A stretch of DNA of 64,000 bases, from the NCBI GenBank assembly GCA_937922785.1, contig CALAJQ010000009.1:10958-74957 (forward strand), given 5' to 3'. The notes beneath the pieces are model-generated. The model had not been told where the DNA came from. It did no database searches and saw only the letters and a list, made by a program, of their open reading frames with translations. The DNA is from an uncultured Acidimicrobiales bacterium. Lineage in GTDB: Bacteria > Actinomycetota > Acidimicrobiia > Acidimicrobiales > SZUA-35. The position numbers and the translations under genes are program-made. Below are positions 1 through 11,400 of the stretch, in pieces (the stretch's first letter is position 1; each line of letters starts with the position of its first letter).

Positions 1-263
1 GAACTAACGGAACCGCCTTGGATGGCGTAGAGCATTGGCGATCTAGCAGCGAAGTAGAAGGGAACGTAGTCAGACACATGCCCACCCGGATCTACGGGTA
101 CTACCTTTGAACGCCGCCGCTCCTTGATGTGGGAATGGCCAATGTCGGTGTATCGGTCCGTGTCGTTCATCCTTGAGTCAGGCTGCAGCCCCTCCGCAAC
201 GATTGCGACCAGATTGCTTACATGTGTGAGATGAAATAGGAGACCGAACCAAGGTGTCACCAT
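1..263 (-). CDS. darT: DarT-like ssDNA ADP-ribosyltransferase (DUF4433). Only the N-terminal 87 codons are present because the gene runs off the left edge.
   Basis: Absent from the ORF track because it is open at the window edge. The minus-strand ATG is at 263..261, preceded by an in-frame TGA at 266..264. Translation: MVTPWFGLLFHLTHVSNLVAIVAEGLQPDSRMNDTDRYTDIGHSHIKERRRSKVVPVDPGGHVSDYVPFYFAARSPMLYAIQGGSVS. From memory this matches DarT hallmarks: HxTH..NL near the N-terminus, then H.I.ERR...VP..PGG...DYVPFYF..RSPMLYAI. Confidence 0.8.
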   Translation of the reverse strand, partial: MVTPWFGLLFHLTHVSNLVAIVAEGLQPDSRMNDTDRYTDIGHSHIKERRRSKVVPVDPGGHVSDYVPFYFAARSPMLYAIQGGSVS

Positions 264-664
264 TCAATACACCTTGCAGCCGTAGCGGCGCGACCAATTT
301 CGTTGGTCGCTGCGTGTAAGGATTGAAGCCAATGAGTGCCAAAGATAGCAAACGAGGTCTTCGTCACCAGTCATTTTGCAGCCTAGAACAGTCGGAGTCT
401 GTGTCTGGAGCTGCACGCACATAAGAGCGTTGAGGCCAATTCGCAGACCACGTGTCTTTCGACTGGGATCGGCTGTCGTGTCTTCCACGCAGATCAGTCG
501 GTCATGCAGTTTAGGAATTTGCGCGTTATGCATCTCCTTGAGAGCACCTGAACCCAGTTGAGACCGAAGCAAGTGAACCGCCGCCATAATTCCAGGTAAC
601 GATTGTTGCCCCCAGCACCTGCACATCGGAGGCCCAATCAGCAAGTCGACGCATTGCCACCGGT

Positions 665-1437
665 GTGAACGCACTCAGCGCCAAAACAGTTCTCCGCGTC
701 CATCGAGTGATTCGCAAGGCATTGGGTGATGCTGAACGCAAAGGGCTCATCGCTGGCAACCCAGCGCGCCTATGCGACAAACCCAGCACAGCTCAAGACG
801 ATGACGAACGTCCCGCTTGGATTGTCGAAGAACTTCGCACCTTCCTTGTCATAGCCAAGAAGGAAGATTTGTTCGCTATGTATCGGCTGGTTGCTTTGAC
901 TGGAATGCGTAGAGGCGAACTCTGCGGGCTGCAATGGGTGGACATCGACCTGCTGCCAAGACCGTACGAGTTAGGCAAACGCTGGCGATGATCAACGGGA
1001 CTCCGAAAGTAACCAGCCCAAAGTCACGGCGATCAAGGAGAGTTATCGACTTAGACGGCGAGACAACTGAGGTTCTCCGAATCCACCGTGGCGATCAACG
1101 AAAGGCCGCTGAGTTCGTGGGCGAGCGCTGGACCGAAACCGGGTACGTGTTCACGACTCCAATCGGAACTCCGCAACATCCTGACAACGCCGGGCGAGCT
1201 TTCACCCAACTGGTGCGAAAGCTGGATACCACCTACTTCGGACTACAGGGGCTTGGCCACACCCACGCCACCCACTTGCTAGCGGCAGGCGTAAATCCAA
1301 GGTTTGTGAGCGAACGGCTTGGTCACTCCAACGTCGAATTTAGCCTCTAGGTATACGGACATGTCCTGCCAGGACAACAACGAGCGGCTGTGGATGCAGT
1401 GGCTCAGCTGATCGCTTGGATCAATTTCCGCCGCTAG
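665..1437 (+). pseudogene. Tyrosine recombinase/phage integrase, inactivated (copy 1)
   Basis: ORFs 665..991 and 934..1350 are two frames of one integrase (LSAKTVLRVHRVIRKALGDAERKGLIAGNPA ... GELCGLQWVDIDL // VRVRQTL...SRRSRRVIDLD...GHTHATHLLAAGVNPRFVSERLGHSNVEF). The frameshift lies near 950..960. An in-frame TAG at 1348..1350 sits where the paralogue at 3151..3366 has CAG (FSL*VYGH versus FTLQVYGH), and homology continues to the stop at 1435..1437. The conserved LRHT box reads LGHT (Arg to Gly). Degenerate N-terminal remnants may extend upstream to about 332. Confidence 0.8.
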
Positions 1438-1442
1438 CACTG

Positions 1443-2183
1443 CTAGGGCTTGTCGTGCCTGCAGCTGAACATTTCTTGGTCATCCCAATTGTCGTCGCCA
1501 TGTTGACATGAGATTTGCTTCTGCAGCCACTCCCGATACGGCGAAAGTTGAAGCCCCCATCCGTACGTGGAATTTGAGCCGGTTGCGAGACCGATCAGCT
1601 CATCGCCGTTCCATGTGTCGTAGATCGCAGAGCCGCTCATGCCGTGATCAATCACATCGCTGAGCAGCATCCCGTGATATGTGAACGTTGAATTCAAAGG
1701 CTGGGCGCTCGCTGACAACTGTTTGACCGTCGACGAGTAAGCGCTGCTGACGATCGCAGATGAGTCACCGCCGTGCATTGCGTCCCAGCTGTAGCCGACG
1801 GCGCTGACTAGCTGCTGGATTCTTGCCTCTCCAACCTTGCAAAATACTTTGCTCTTGGGCCATGAGATCGCCATTGGGGTGCCGAGTGACAGAACTGCGA
1901 GATCTGCCTGAGGGTGTAAAACAATCTTTCCTATGCCATTGCTCATGACAGTGTTGTACGGCGGGCGGCCAGACTTGATCCCCAACGTGATGCGCTCAGG
2001 TTCAAGTTCGTATTTCTCAACCACATGTCTGCACGTGAGGTAGTGGAAGGATGATCGGAACCGAACTGCGGTGCCGAGGAAGTCTCCGTCGTCGTCAAAT
2101 TGGCCATCTCGTTTGTCAGCAGTCACAAACAAAGTTGCGGCGTAGGGTTGAAATCGGTCTGGACGCGCGGGTCTTTCCTTCAT
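1443..2183 (-). CDS. Trypsin-like (S1/Trypsin_2-type) serine peptidase with no signal peptide
   Basis: 246-aa ORF with a candidate catalytic triad in the canonical order: His in YLTCRHVV, Asp in QADLAVLSL, Ser in DHGMSGSAIY (GxSGS). Confidence 0.6.
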   Translation of the reverse strand: MKERPARPDRFQPYAATLFVTADKRDGQFDDDGDFLGTAVRFRSSFHYLTCRHVVEKYELEPERITLGIKSGRPPYNTVMSNGIGKIVLHPQADLAVLSLGTPMAISWPKSKVFCKVGEARIQQLVSAVGYSWDAMHGGDSSAIVSSAYSSTVKQLSASAQPLNSTFTYHGMLLSDVIDHGMSGSAIYDTWNGDELIGLATGSNSTYGWGLQLSPYREWLQKQISCQHGDDNWDDQEMFSCRHDKP

Positions 2184-2323
2184 GGCTCACTCAAACTAAC
2201 GGAACTCTAGGTTCGGCCCTAATCGCTTGCGAAGGTCGGTTCAGCGGCCGAATAGCTACATGCTGAAGCCTTGGTTCTTTTCAAGCTGGCCGCTAGAGGC
2301 CCCTCGCTGACATCGCGATCTGG

Positions 2324-3150
2324 GGGCACTGTTGCATTAGGCGATCGTTGGGCGCGCTGATCGTGATCGCAGCCGACCTCTCGGTTAGATGGTTTCGGTG
2401 AGTTCGTCGAATGCGGCGGCAACTCGCAAGTGTTGGTGTCTGGTTTCGGTGCCGAGTTGGTAGTGGCCGCGGCGTAGGTTCTGGATGAAGGCGTGACCGC
2501 GAATCACGACTGAGGCTGTCCGATCGGTCTTGAGACCGCGCATTGGTTTGAGCCTCGATTTGAGTCGGCCATGGTCGCACTCGACACGATTATTGGCCCA
2601 CTGTCTGGGTGTTGTGGAACGCGTCGGGGATGAGTTCCTCAATGACGGTTTCGAGGGCTTGAGCGAGATCAGTGATGACTTCGTCCGGCTCACTGTGAGC
2701 ATCGAGTGCTCGGTGGAAGAACGTTCGGGCCGCTTCAAGGTTGCGGCGAGGGGAGACGAATACGTCTATGACCTGGCCGTGTTCATCAACGGCTCGGTAG
2801 ACGTAGCGCCTGACACCGGTGACTTTGACGTAGGTTTCGTCGACGAACCAGCGTCCACCAACATGGTGTCGACATGGTCGGGCAGCGCCGATGAGTAGGG
2901 GAGTGAATCGTTGGACCCATCGGTGGATGGTGACGTGTCCACTTCGATGCCACGTTCGGTGAGGAGTTCTTCAACGTCTCGGTAGGAGAGTCCGTAGCGG
3001 AGGTACCAGCGGACTGCGAGCATGATCACTTCGGGTGGGAACCTGTAGCCAGTGAACGCCGACGGTTCATCGGCAGTGGGTGATTGCGGTGCTGGCTCAT
3101 CGACACACTCTCGCCGGGGGTCGAGCCAATCCCTCAATGCAACAGTGCCC
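2324..3150. mobile_element. IS6-family insertion sequence (827 bp), decayed
   Basis: Terminal inverted repeats: GGGCACTGTTGCATT at 2324..2338 and its exact reverse complement at 3136..3150 (15/15 bp, partial identity beyond). The interior encodes an IS6-type transposase. Flanking 8-mers differ (cgatctgg versus actcaact), so there is no target-site duplication. Confidence 0.8.
2385..3070 (-). pseudogene. IS6-family transposase with at least two frameshifts
   Basis: Pieces occur in three frames. The first is FTGYRFPPEVIMLAVRWYLRYGLSYRDVEELLTERGIEVD. After a shift near 2938 comes HVTIHRWVQRFTPLLIGAA...RWFVDETYVKV... After a shift near 2600 comes QWANNRVECDHGRLKSRLKPMRGLKTDRTASVVIRGHAFIQNLRRGHY. 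The likely original ATG at 3070..3068 is itself out of frame with the first block. Confidence 0.8.
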
Positions 3151-3366
3151 ACTCAACTAGTCCGGACACTTGATGTCACATACTTCGGCCTACACGGCTT
3201 GAGGCACACTCACGCAACTCACCTGCTGGCCTCAGGCATTAACCCGAGGACCGTTAGCAAACGACTAGGCCACGCCTACGTTGCGTTCACACTCCAGGTC
3301 TACGGGCATGTGTTACCGGGCCAACAGCGAGACGCCGTCAACGCGGTCGCTCAGCTCATCGCTTGA
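3151..3366 (+). pseudogene. Tyrosine integrase, C-terminal 71-codon fragment (copy 2), truncated by the IS6 element
   Basis: Homology to copy 1 begins exactly at the IS6 right end: TQLVRTLDVTYFGLHGLRHTHATHLLASGINPRTVSKRLGHAYVAFTLQVYGHVLPGQQRDAVNAVAQLIA*. The upstream part of track ORF 3052..3366 is IS sequence read in-frame. Confidence 0.8.
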
Positions 3367-3425
3367 CCACCCTTGACGTCCGTAAATCAAAACTGGTACC
3401 GATTCCTGCAACCTAGGATCGGGTC

Positions 3426-4070
3426 ATGGCACCGTTGTTCGGCAATCAAATACGGACTGACATGACTATTGCCCGTCCTGACGAAAGCCCTTATGAGTTC
3501 TACGACCGGGTCGATGATGCGTACTTTGCCGAGTTGCGATCTGTGCTGAATCGTTGGTTCAAGCACTATCCAGCAGATGGGAAAGAGGCTCTGCGGAGTC
3601 GGATTGTCGTGGAAGAACATCACAACTCTGCTCTGTGGGAGCTGTATCTTCACGAACGTCTTTTTCAGGCCGGTTTCACAGTAGAAGTCGAAGAACAGGT
3701 CCGAAGCGGTGGTAGGCCGGATTTCAGGGTGACTCGTGACCGGCGTCTGGTGGGCTACGTCGAGGCCACTGTGGACCGGGGCACGACAGAATTGCGCAGG
3801 CAGGGTCGGGCGCGCGAACACTTTGTGTACACGCTGGAGAAGAGAATTCGGGGTCGCAGTCATGTTCTCTATTGCAACTTTGAAGCGGTCGGATTAGCGA
3901 CTCCATCGTTGAGTAAGTTCACTGCCGATCTAGAGATCATGATGAAGGCCAGTATTGGTGAACGCGTTGCCACGCGTTTCCTTAACGATGGGTGGTCCGT
4001 CACGGTTGATTTGGAACCGCTGGACTCTCCGTCACCGCAACTTCTTGTCGCTTCGAGTTGGTTCGGTTAA
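3426..4070 (+). CDS. Hypothetical protein, possibly PD-(D/E)xK-like
   Basis: 214-aa ORF with balanced composition. The segment RPDFRVTRDRRLVGYVEATV resembles a D...E.x nuclease core, but no family was recognised. Confidence 0.45.
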   Translation: MAPLFGNQIRTDMTIARPDESPYEFYDRVDDAYFAELRSVLNRWFKHYPADGKEALRSRIVVEEHHNSALWELYLHERLFQAGFTVEVEEQVRSGGRPDFRVTRDRRLVGYVEATVDRGTTELRRQGRAREHFVYTLEKRIRGRSHVLYCNFEAVGLATPSLSKFTADLEIMMKASIGERVATRFLNDGWSVTVDLEPLDSPSPQLLVASSWFG

Positions 4071-4227
4071 GCGAGCTACAGCGCAACCCGGATTCACCCG
4101 GTTCGCGACCCGTTCTTTTGGGATTGTGTCTTGTCAGACCCAGGCACCTTGGGCCGTCGGCTCCTTTGGCCCCCGCAACTAACGCCGGTCGCTTATCTCG
4201 AGCGGCACTTCGTTTCGGTCGGATCTC

Positions 4228-4593
4228 GTGCGCAGGATTGCAATATGGAGTGGGCAACTTCTTAGATTCGTGCTGGGCAAATGGCCAAAGTATGTTCTTG
4301 GTGTGACTGACATCATTGGCGAAGCAGGCGCTCAGGGCAGATTGGAGCTAGCCGGCTTAGTGGCATTGGGGCTGGTGTTGCTTGTGTTGGCCTGGGTAGT
4401 GCTCGTGAAAGGTCTCAATCTGCTTGAGAGGGTGCTCGAAGCGATTGGCCTTATCTACTGGGGGGCTCCTGTTGCGTTCCTTGGAGCGCTTGTTGGTTGG
4501 ATCATTTACGGATGGACTGAGGCTTCGGATATCTACATCGGGTCAGCAATCGGCGTTGGCGTGCTCTTCTTGATTGCTTTCATAAATGAGTAA
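4228..4593 (+). CDS. Hypothetical small membrane protein
   Basis: 121-aa ORF with 3 hydrophobic helices (LAGLVALGLVLLVLAWVVLV, APVAFLGALVGWIIYGW, IGSAIGVGVLFLIAF). The start is uncertain; GTG at 4303 is an alternative. Confidence 0.45.
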   Translation: MRRIAIWSGQLLRFVLGKWPKYVLGVTDIIGEAGAQGRLELAGLVALGLVLLVLAWVVLVKGLNLLERVLEAIGLIYWGAPVAFLGALVGWIIYGWTEASDIYIGSAIGVGVLFLIAFINE

Positions 4594-4987
4594 TTCTTCG
4601 CGATGGGAGAAGCCCGTCTTCGGAGGCTGTTCTGGGATCCGGGCGCGGCTATGTTCCGCCTTGCCACGTGATCGATCTAGTTAGCTGAATTGCTCGAGGG
4701 CCGCCAGTGGCGCCACTAATGACTGGCCAAAAACTAGTGACCACGCTGGCTCGACCATCGGTTTGGGCGCGTGACCGCCCAAACTGCGAGGTTGACGGGG
4801 CTTGCTAGAAACAGCGGCGTTCAGTCGGCACCAAGACGCACAAATCCACGGACAAGGTAGACAGCTTGTCGCAATGACTTGGCTGTATATCCGTTGAGAA
4901 CGGAACTGTTGTGACCACCATGTGACCATGAGCCTCGGCTCGGCTCCACCGTCCGCCGCTTGTAAGCCGCTGAACTGGAGTTATGTA

Positions 4988-5030
4988 GTACACCCCCCGG
5001 GACTTGAACCCGGAACCTGCGGATTAAGAG
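4988..5030. repeat. Distal att repeat: a 43-bp copy of the tRNA-Lys 3' half
   Basis: gtacaccccccgggacttgaacccggaacctgcggattaagag is identical to 36076..36118. It covers the tRNA from the anticodon loop to the first C of CCA. Flanks diverge immediately on both sides. Confidence 0.9.
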
Positions 5031-5449
5031 GCCGACGTTTTCTGTCCGAGTGGTCCGGTGCAATCCGACAAGCAGCGGTTTTGTCCAGCGGTGTGCCCAG
5101 CCAGTCCGGCTGGGTCTGGTGGAGTCCGGTGAGTTTGGCACCCACTTAGGCACCCGTTTGTCAGTTCGGATTGTTGCTTTCGGGGCAAAGAATGAGTTGT
5201 AGTTGCCCTTGGCTGGTGGTCTCGACGGCGTCGTCAATGTCGGGTTGATTTTGGAGGTGCGTGATTTGGTCTGCCGCGTTAGTCGAGATCTTATTGAAGG
5301 TGGTGGTGGGAGCGGACGGTGCTCGTTGCCGGCGCTCTGGACGATGTTGTACATGGGCCTAACTAAATGGCTCGACATCCACCAACGGGTTTTTTTGCTC
5401 ATCTAGGTTGCTGGATGTCATTCCAAGATCCCGATCCTTTTGGAGATTC

Positions 5450-8400
5450 ATGTCAGCGCCTGCTCATCTTTTGAAGCGCCTGTTCTTTCTGCCGTTTTTG
5501 GCTATCGCTCTGTTGGTTTCGGTGGTTGCTTCGGCTCCGCCAGCGTTGGCTCAGGCTGATCCGTTGGATGGTTTTGTTGAGGGTGATGACGTGGCCTTCA
5601 CCGAGGTTGATGAGGTTGTTGATGTTGATGTGATGGACAACGATTTCGATGATGATGACGACTTGGACATGCCGGCCGCGACGATGGAGATCATCGACCC
5701 GTCTGTTGATGGTGAAGCGGAGATGGTGTTCACCGATGATGAGCCGACTGCGCGGTTTGTTCCGAACGCGGGTTTTGAGGGTTTGACGAAGTTCCGTTAT
5801 CGGGTTTGTTTTGGTGGTAACTGTTTCACTTTCTGGGTTTGGATCTTCGTTGGGAACTCTCGTTGCACGATTACCGGAACTAACGGTGACGATGTGCTTG
5901 TTGGCACTGCTGGCAGGGACGTCATTTGTGGTCGTGGGGGAGCGGACACCATTGACGGCAAGGGCGGCAACGACATCATCCTCGGTGGTAAAGGAGCCGA
6001 TGTCATTAGTGGTGGTGGCGGTAACGACCGGGTCTGGGGCGGTAAGGGTGCGGACACGATCGAAGGTAACGGCGGAAACGACCGGCTGCGGGGTGGTAGG
6101 GGAGCCGATGTCATCAAGGGTGGAAACGGGAACGACCGCATTTTCGGTGGTCGCGGTGTCGATGATCTCAAAGGTAACTCTGGTGATGATCTGCTTGTGG
6201 GCCGTCAAGGATCCGATGTGCTTCATGGCGGCGATGACAACGACACCATCCGGGGTGGACGCGATGCCGATCAGATCCATGGTGGTAAAGGTGCCGATGA
6301 CATTTCGGGCGGTCGTGGGGCCGATCTGATTGATGCCGGCAACGGGTCTGACACTGTTAGGGCCGGTCGCGGTCAGGACCTGGTTTGGGGTGGTAACGGG
6401 GCCGACGATATTCGGGGTAACCGCGGCGCCGATGTGCTGTTCGGTGGCGCCGGTAACGACACCGTCAGTGGCGGTAACGGGTCCGATAAATGTTCGGGCG
6501 AGACGTTAACTAATTGTGAGGCCGAGCTCGCAGCCGAGGATCCATCGGTCACGATCGCTACTCCGGCTGACGGTGCAACTGTTGATCCGGCTGGTTTCAC
6601 AATCGAACTCGCGGTTGAACCTGCCGGTCCTCCGGTCGAGGTCTTCATTGACGGAGACGCAGTTGGTGTAGCTGAGGCTCCTGATTACACGCTGACTGTG
6701 ATTGGTGCCGGTCTGGCGGCTGGTTCGCATCTGATCACGGTGGAGACATTCTTTGGTTCGGCTGAGTCTGAGATTGTTGTCGGTACGCCTGCGATCGCGA
6801 TCGCGACGCCTGCTGAGGGTGACCCGGTTGATGCGACAGGTTTCGATGTTGCTGTTCTTGGCGGCGACGGAACACCGGTTGATGTCTCGATAGATGGCAC
6901 TCCTGTAGGTCAGGCCGTTGCCCCGGATTACGTTCTTGCGCTCACTGGTCTGACGCTGACCGAGGGAGTCCACGTAATTACCGCTACTGACGGTGTGACC
7001 ACCGCATCCACAAATGTTGTTGTGCCAACGCTCACGCTTGTCTCGCCTGTCGTCGGCGACGAAGTCGGGACAGACGGCTTCGACGTGGCCGTTACTCTCG
7101 ATCCGCCAGCGGGTCCGGTCGCGATCTCGGTTGACGGCGTTCCGATTGATGAAGCGACCGCTCCGGACTACACGGCAACACTCTCGGGTTTGGACCTGGC
7201 AGTTGGTGACCACACTGTTGAAGTCTCAGCGTTCGGCATAACCCGAACCGTCACAGTAACGGTGCCTGCGGATCCTGTGCTCGAAATTATCGCACCCGTG
7301 CCTGGGCCTGTGGCTAACGGCGACAGCCTTGACGTTCAGCTGACTGTGATACCGCAAGGTGACCCGATCGACATAAGTATTGACGGGGTTGTTGTCGGCC
7401 AGGCGCTGGCGCCTGACTACACCGCCACTCTGACTGGTCTTGGCCTTACGGCTGGGGATCACACTCTAAGTGTCGCCGGAAACGGTCTGACGGCTGAGGT
7501 AGTCATCACGGTCCCTGTGGTTTCTAACCTCGCCATTGTTTCTCCTGCTCCTGATGAGGTGGTCAGTGCCGACGAAATTACGATTGTCACCGCTGGTGCA
7601 GCGGGTGATCCAGTTGAGGTCTCGATAGATGGCGTTGTGGTGGGCTCGGCCTCAGCACCCACTTACTCTTTGACGCTCACTGGTTTGGCTCTCGTGGCTG
7701 GTGGGCACACGATTTCTGCCTCTGATCCGGCCGGGGGCGAAGCGACGGTCGATGTGATTGTGCCGACTCTGTCTCTGGTGTCCCCGATCGCTGGCGCTTT
7801 GTTGAATGTGGACTCGGTGGAAGTTGTGGCATCGCTCTCTCCAGCCGCTGGCCCGGTCGACGTGTTGGTGGACGGCGAAATCTTGGGCACGGCAACAGCT
7901 CCGGACTACACGGTCACCTTGACCAACATCGTCACCGGTGGTGGTACCCACACGATCTCGGTTGAAGCCTATGGCCTCACCGATTCAGCTGAAGTTTCGT
8001 TCCCAACCCTTGCCATCATCCAGCCCGCAACTGGGACTCTCGTAGACAAGGCAAACGTTTCGGTCGCTCTCGATGTGGCACCGGCGACGTCGGTAGCCTT
8101 AACAATCGATGGTGTTTCAGTCGGCAGCGCGACTGCCCCAGATTTCACAGTGAATCTGAACACCACACTTAACGCCGGCGAACACTCCCTTACTGCAACG
8201 GCGAACGGCGAGACACGGTCAGTCACGTTCATCGTCGGTGAAGACGGGGACGGATCAGACCCTCCGGCACCGGTCGTAATCACGGATCTGCCGCCGGTCA
8301 TGGAAGAGGTACCTGACGGCTTCTTTGACCCAGATGACATCAACGCAGGACCAGGAGCCGACCTGTCGGACCGGAGCGACGCCACACCCGTGCCCCTCAT

Positions 8401-11400
8401 TCCGCTCGATGACTTCGTGCCCCTGGGTGATGGCGTCGACGTTGCCACAATCAACCCGGACGGCGGTGCAGAACCATTGGCTGCAACGACGGTCACCGAG
8501 GAAGTCACAGCCAACATCGTGGACTTGGCAGGCGTTCCAGCGACCATTGAAGTTCCCGTTGAGGCTGTCGGTGTTGGCGGGCAGCTCACGTTGGTGACTC
8601 TGGACCCGGCGGTCACTCGTAACCTGACCCGTACTGGGTTTGCGTTCGATCTGATTGCGAGCGGGTTCGGAAACGACAACCCTGCGGTCGACGCTGTACC
8701 AGTCGGCTTACCAGCAGCTGGCGAAGAGGTTGACGAAGTCGAACTGGGGCTGGGTACGCCATGGATCATTCGTATCCCTGTGGATGAGGTGCCGACTTCT
8801 ACTGATGATCAGCGTGAACGTCTAGAGATAACACTCCATCTTGGTTGCGACGCTGCAGGCCTTTGCCGCACCAGCGAAGACCTGGACACTACATACGACG
8901 CTGAAGCTGGGGTCATCGAGGCGGCTATCCCGGTTGGTCTTCTTGAGGGAATCGGCGGACCGCTCCAGGCCGCTGACCCTCAGTTAGTTGCTGATGGTTT
9001 GGTCGCGGGTCATGCGACTGCTGGTGGTTCTGGAACGAACATGTCGGTCTCTACCGGAAGCGGGGGAGCAGCCGGCGACTATTCGGCAACCGAGATCGGA
9101 TTGCTAACCGAATGGCAGGTCGGCATCCACACCGGTGAAGCAACCACCTCTTACCCAATCAACGCCCCCGCTGCGCCCGGCCCGGTGCCAAGCGTCAGCC
9201 TTTCCTACTCATCGGGCTCGGTTGATGGAATCACTGACGAGAAGAACTCACAGGTTTCAGAAGTTGGTGCTGGCTGGAACATGCCTAACCCAGCTATTAC
9301 CAGGCTTACCGACCTTTGCAACCGGCGTGATGAACCGTCCTACCGAGACAGTCTCTGCCTGCCCGCGGGACAAGATGACGGGTTCAGCATCTCTATGGCT
9401 GGAGTGTCGGGTCGTCTAGTTCTCAAGGAAGTCGATGCCAACGAAGACCCAATCGTTCGGCCCCACCCGTTTGTCGCCGACGCCACCTACATCGAATACG
9501 AAACTGAGACTAAGAACACTGCCCGCATCTGGAAGGTCACCGCGAATGCTGATCATTCGTTGTATGGGAACGGCGGAGCGGTGTTGGAATGGTGGGAAGT
9601 AACCACAGGCGACGGCACGCTCAATGTGTTTGGACGTAACGCAACCTTCACACCTGATAATCCGGGCGAGACAAGCCACTTCGCACCGCGAACCGCGCCG
9701 GAAAGCGTTCCCCTACAGTCGACGAGGGTTGTTCCTACCTACTTAGCTGACACAAGCAAAGCGGACACAAACCTTTGCGACGCCAACCTATGTGCCACCG
9801 TTATTTCATGGCATCTGGACAACGTGATTGACGCGACCGGGAACCTCCAAATTCGTGCCTACCGGCGCGGCCTCAACCATTACAAGGCTTATGTCGGCGG
9901 ACGCTACGAAATCAAGGAATACACCCGGTCAGTGAGCCCAGCGATCATTGATTACGGGCAACGCTACGGACAGCTACCAAACCCATATGAGCCAACCCCT
10001 GATGTCTTCCGTGTCCGCTTCGACTACGCCTACCGCAACGCTGCGAATAACGGTGACGCTCCAGACGCCGACTTCATCGATACACCAACCGATCTCCTTT
10101 GCACAGCAACCAAATGCTCGGAGAAGACGCCAGCGTTCTTCAACAACATACGGCTGCACGTCATCTCAACTTGGGCTGGAACAGCTAGAGGCACCCAGAC
10201 CGTTCTACGTCACAGTTGGCCAGAGGCACCGGGAACCAGGAAGAACGCCGAGAAGATGTTCCTTGAGAACATCCAGCTTCAAGAAGGCGCAGCAGCAACA
10301 AACGCGATCGACGATGCGCTCCCGATGATCACTTACGTTCCAGAGTTCCTCCAGAACGTAGTGAACGCTCCCGGCTCGATGTCGCCGATGAACATGCCCC
10401 GAATCGGAACGATCGAGACCGAACTCGGCGGCGCCATCAAGTTCACCTACGGCCAACCCAGGACTACCTCGTTGACGACCGTCGGTGGGCAGCTTGAATA
10501 CTGTGGAGGCGCAACGTCGTCTGCTGCCAACCCAGCTAAGCCTGCGGTTCGGGTCGCCTGCTACATGTTCCCTAACGGCGGAGCTCGTTGGTTTAACAAA
10601 TACGTTGTGACCGAAACCGAAACTGACGCCGACGGAGACTTCAATCCCGCAAACACCCCAGCTTGGAACAAGTCAGCAAACGAACTAGTCACATACGACT
10701 ACCTGACCGAGCCAGACTGGGCTTGGGCCTCCAGCTACGAAGACCAAGAAGTCACCGACTGCTCGTTCTGCCCGTGGTCTTCATATCGTGGCCACCGCCA
10801 GGTCAGAGTCACAGATGCTGCCGGCAACATCACCGATCACTACACCTACACCGGTATGGCCGAAGACCCTTGGACTACTACCGGCAGCACCCAAACGCTG
10901 TTTGAACGCCTCGGCCTAGGACATCCCACTGTTGGGATCCCGATGCCAGTAGGCACGCAGGCCCCGCTCTACAACACCGTCGAGTCCCAAGGCCAAACAG
11001 CCGCTGTGCTGAGGTACGCGGCCGAAGGCGATCAGCGGCTACGTGACGCCTCGATCAACCGGTATGACTACGAAATCTTGTCGACAGAGTGGCCGACATC
11101 ATCGAGAATGCTGAGCTCTAGCTCTACGGTCATCGGTTTCGCCCCAGGGTTCGCAACCTCAAAGTGGACAACTGAAAGCCTGACGTCCTACGACACCTTA
11201 GGCCGAAGCATCCAAACCGTCGAAACCGGCGACAACGTCGCGGGCCGCCGCAACCACACCGTCTACACCGATGACGGCGTCGATCCGGTTGATCAGTCAA
11301 CTGATGACGTCCCGTACTTCCGTGACCTGGTTGCCCGGAGTGTTCAATCAGATGCTGGCGCTGTGACAGTTCCAGATAGCGACGACGTCGCAGCGTTGGA

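Noticed and set aside
264-789. ORFs 264..674 (-), 376..561 (+) and 526..789 (-)
   Set aside because: They lie in the region that appears to hold the degraded 5' part of integrase copy 1 and the darT upstream region. They overlap one another, are Cys/Arg-rich and carry no motifs.
4821-5402. 193-aa minus-strand ORF (and 4922..5149 +) spanning the left att repeat
   Set aside because: They cross the orphan tRNA fragment and the island boundary. Composition is R/P/S-rich and no motif is present. The + ORF is simply the antisense-tRNA frame that also forms the tail of the serine recombinase ORF.
6542-8239. Regular ~243-nt periodicity that could be mistaken for a CRISPR or satellite array
   Set aside because: The units are diverged, contiguous with no spacers, and in-frame within one CDS (Ig-like domain repeats). 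No short conserved direct repeats or cas genes occur anywhere in the window.
5453-8769. Long antisense and off-frame ORFs inside the RHS gene (for example 5453..6280 -, 5811..6329 +, 6506..7213 -, 7969..8769 -)
   Set aside because: They overlap a 9.8-kb frame with strong domain content. Their translations are low-complexity (R/S/T/P-rich) mirror images of the Gly/Asp and Ig-like repeats, typical of GC-rich shadow ORFs.
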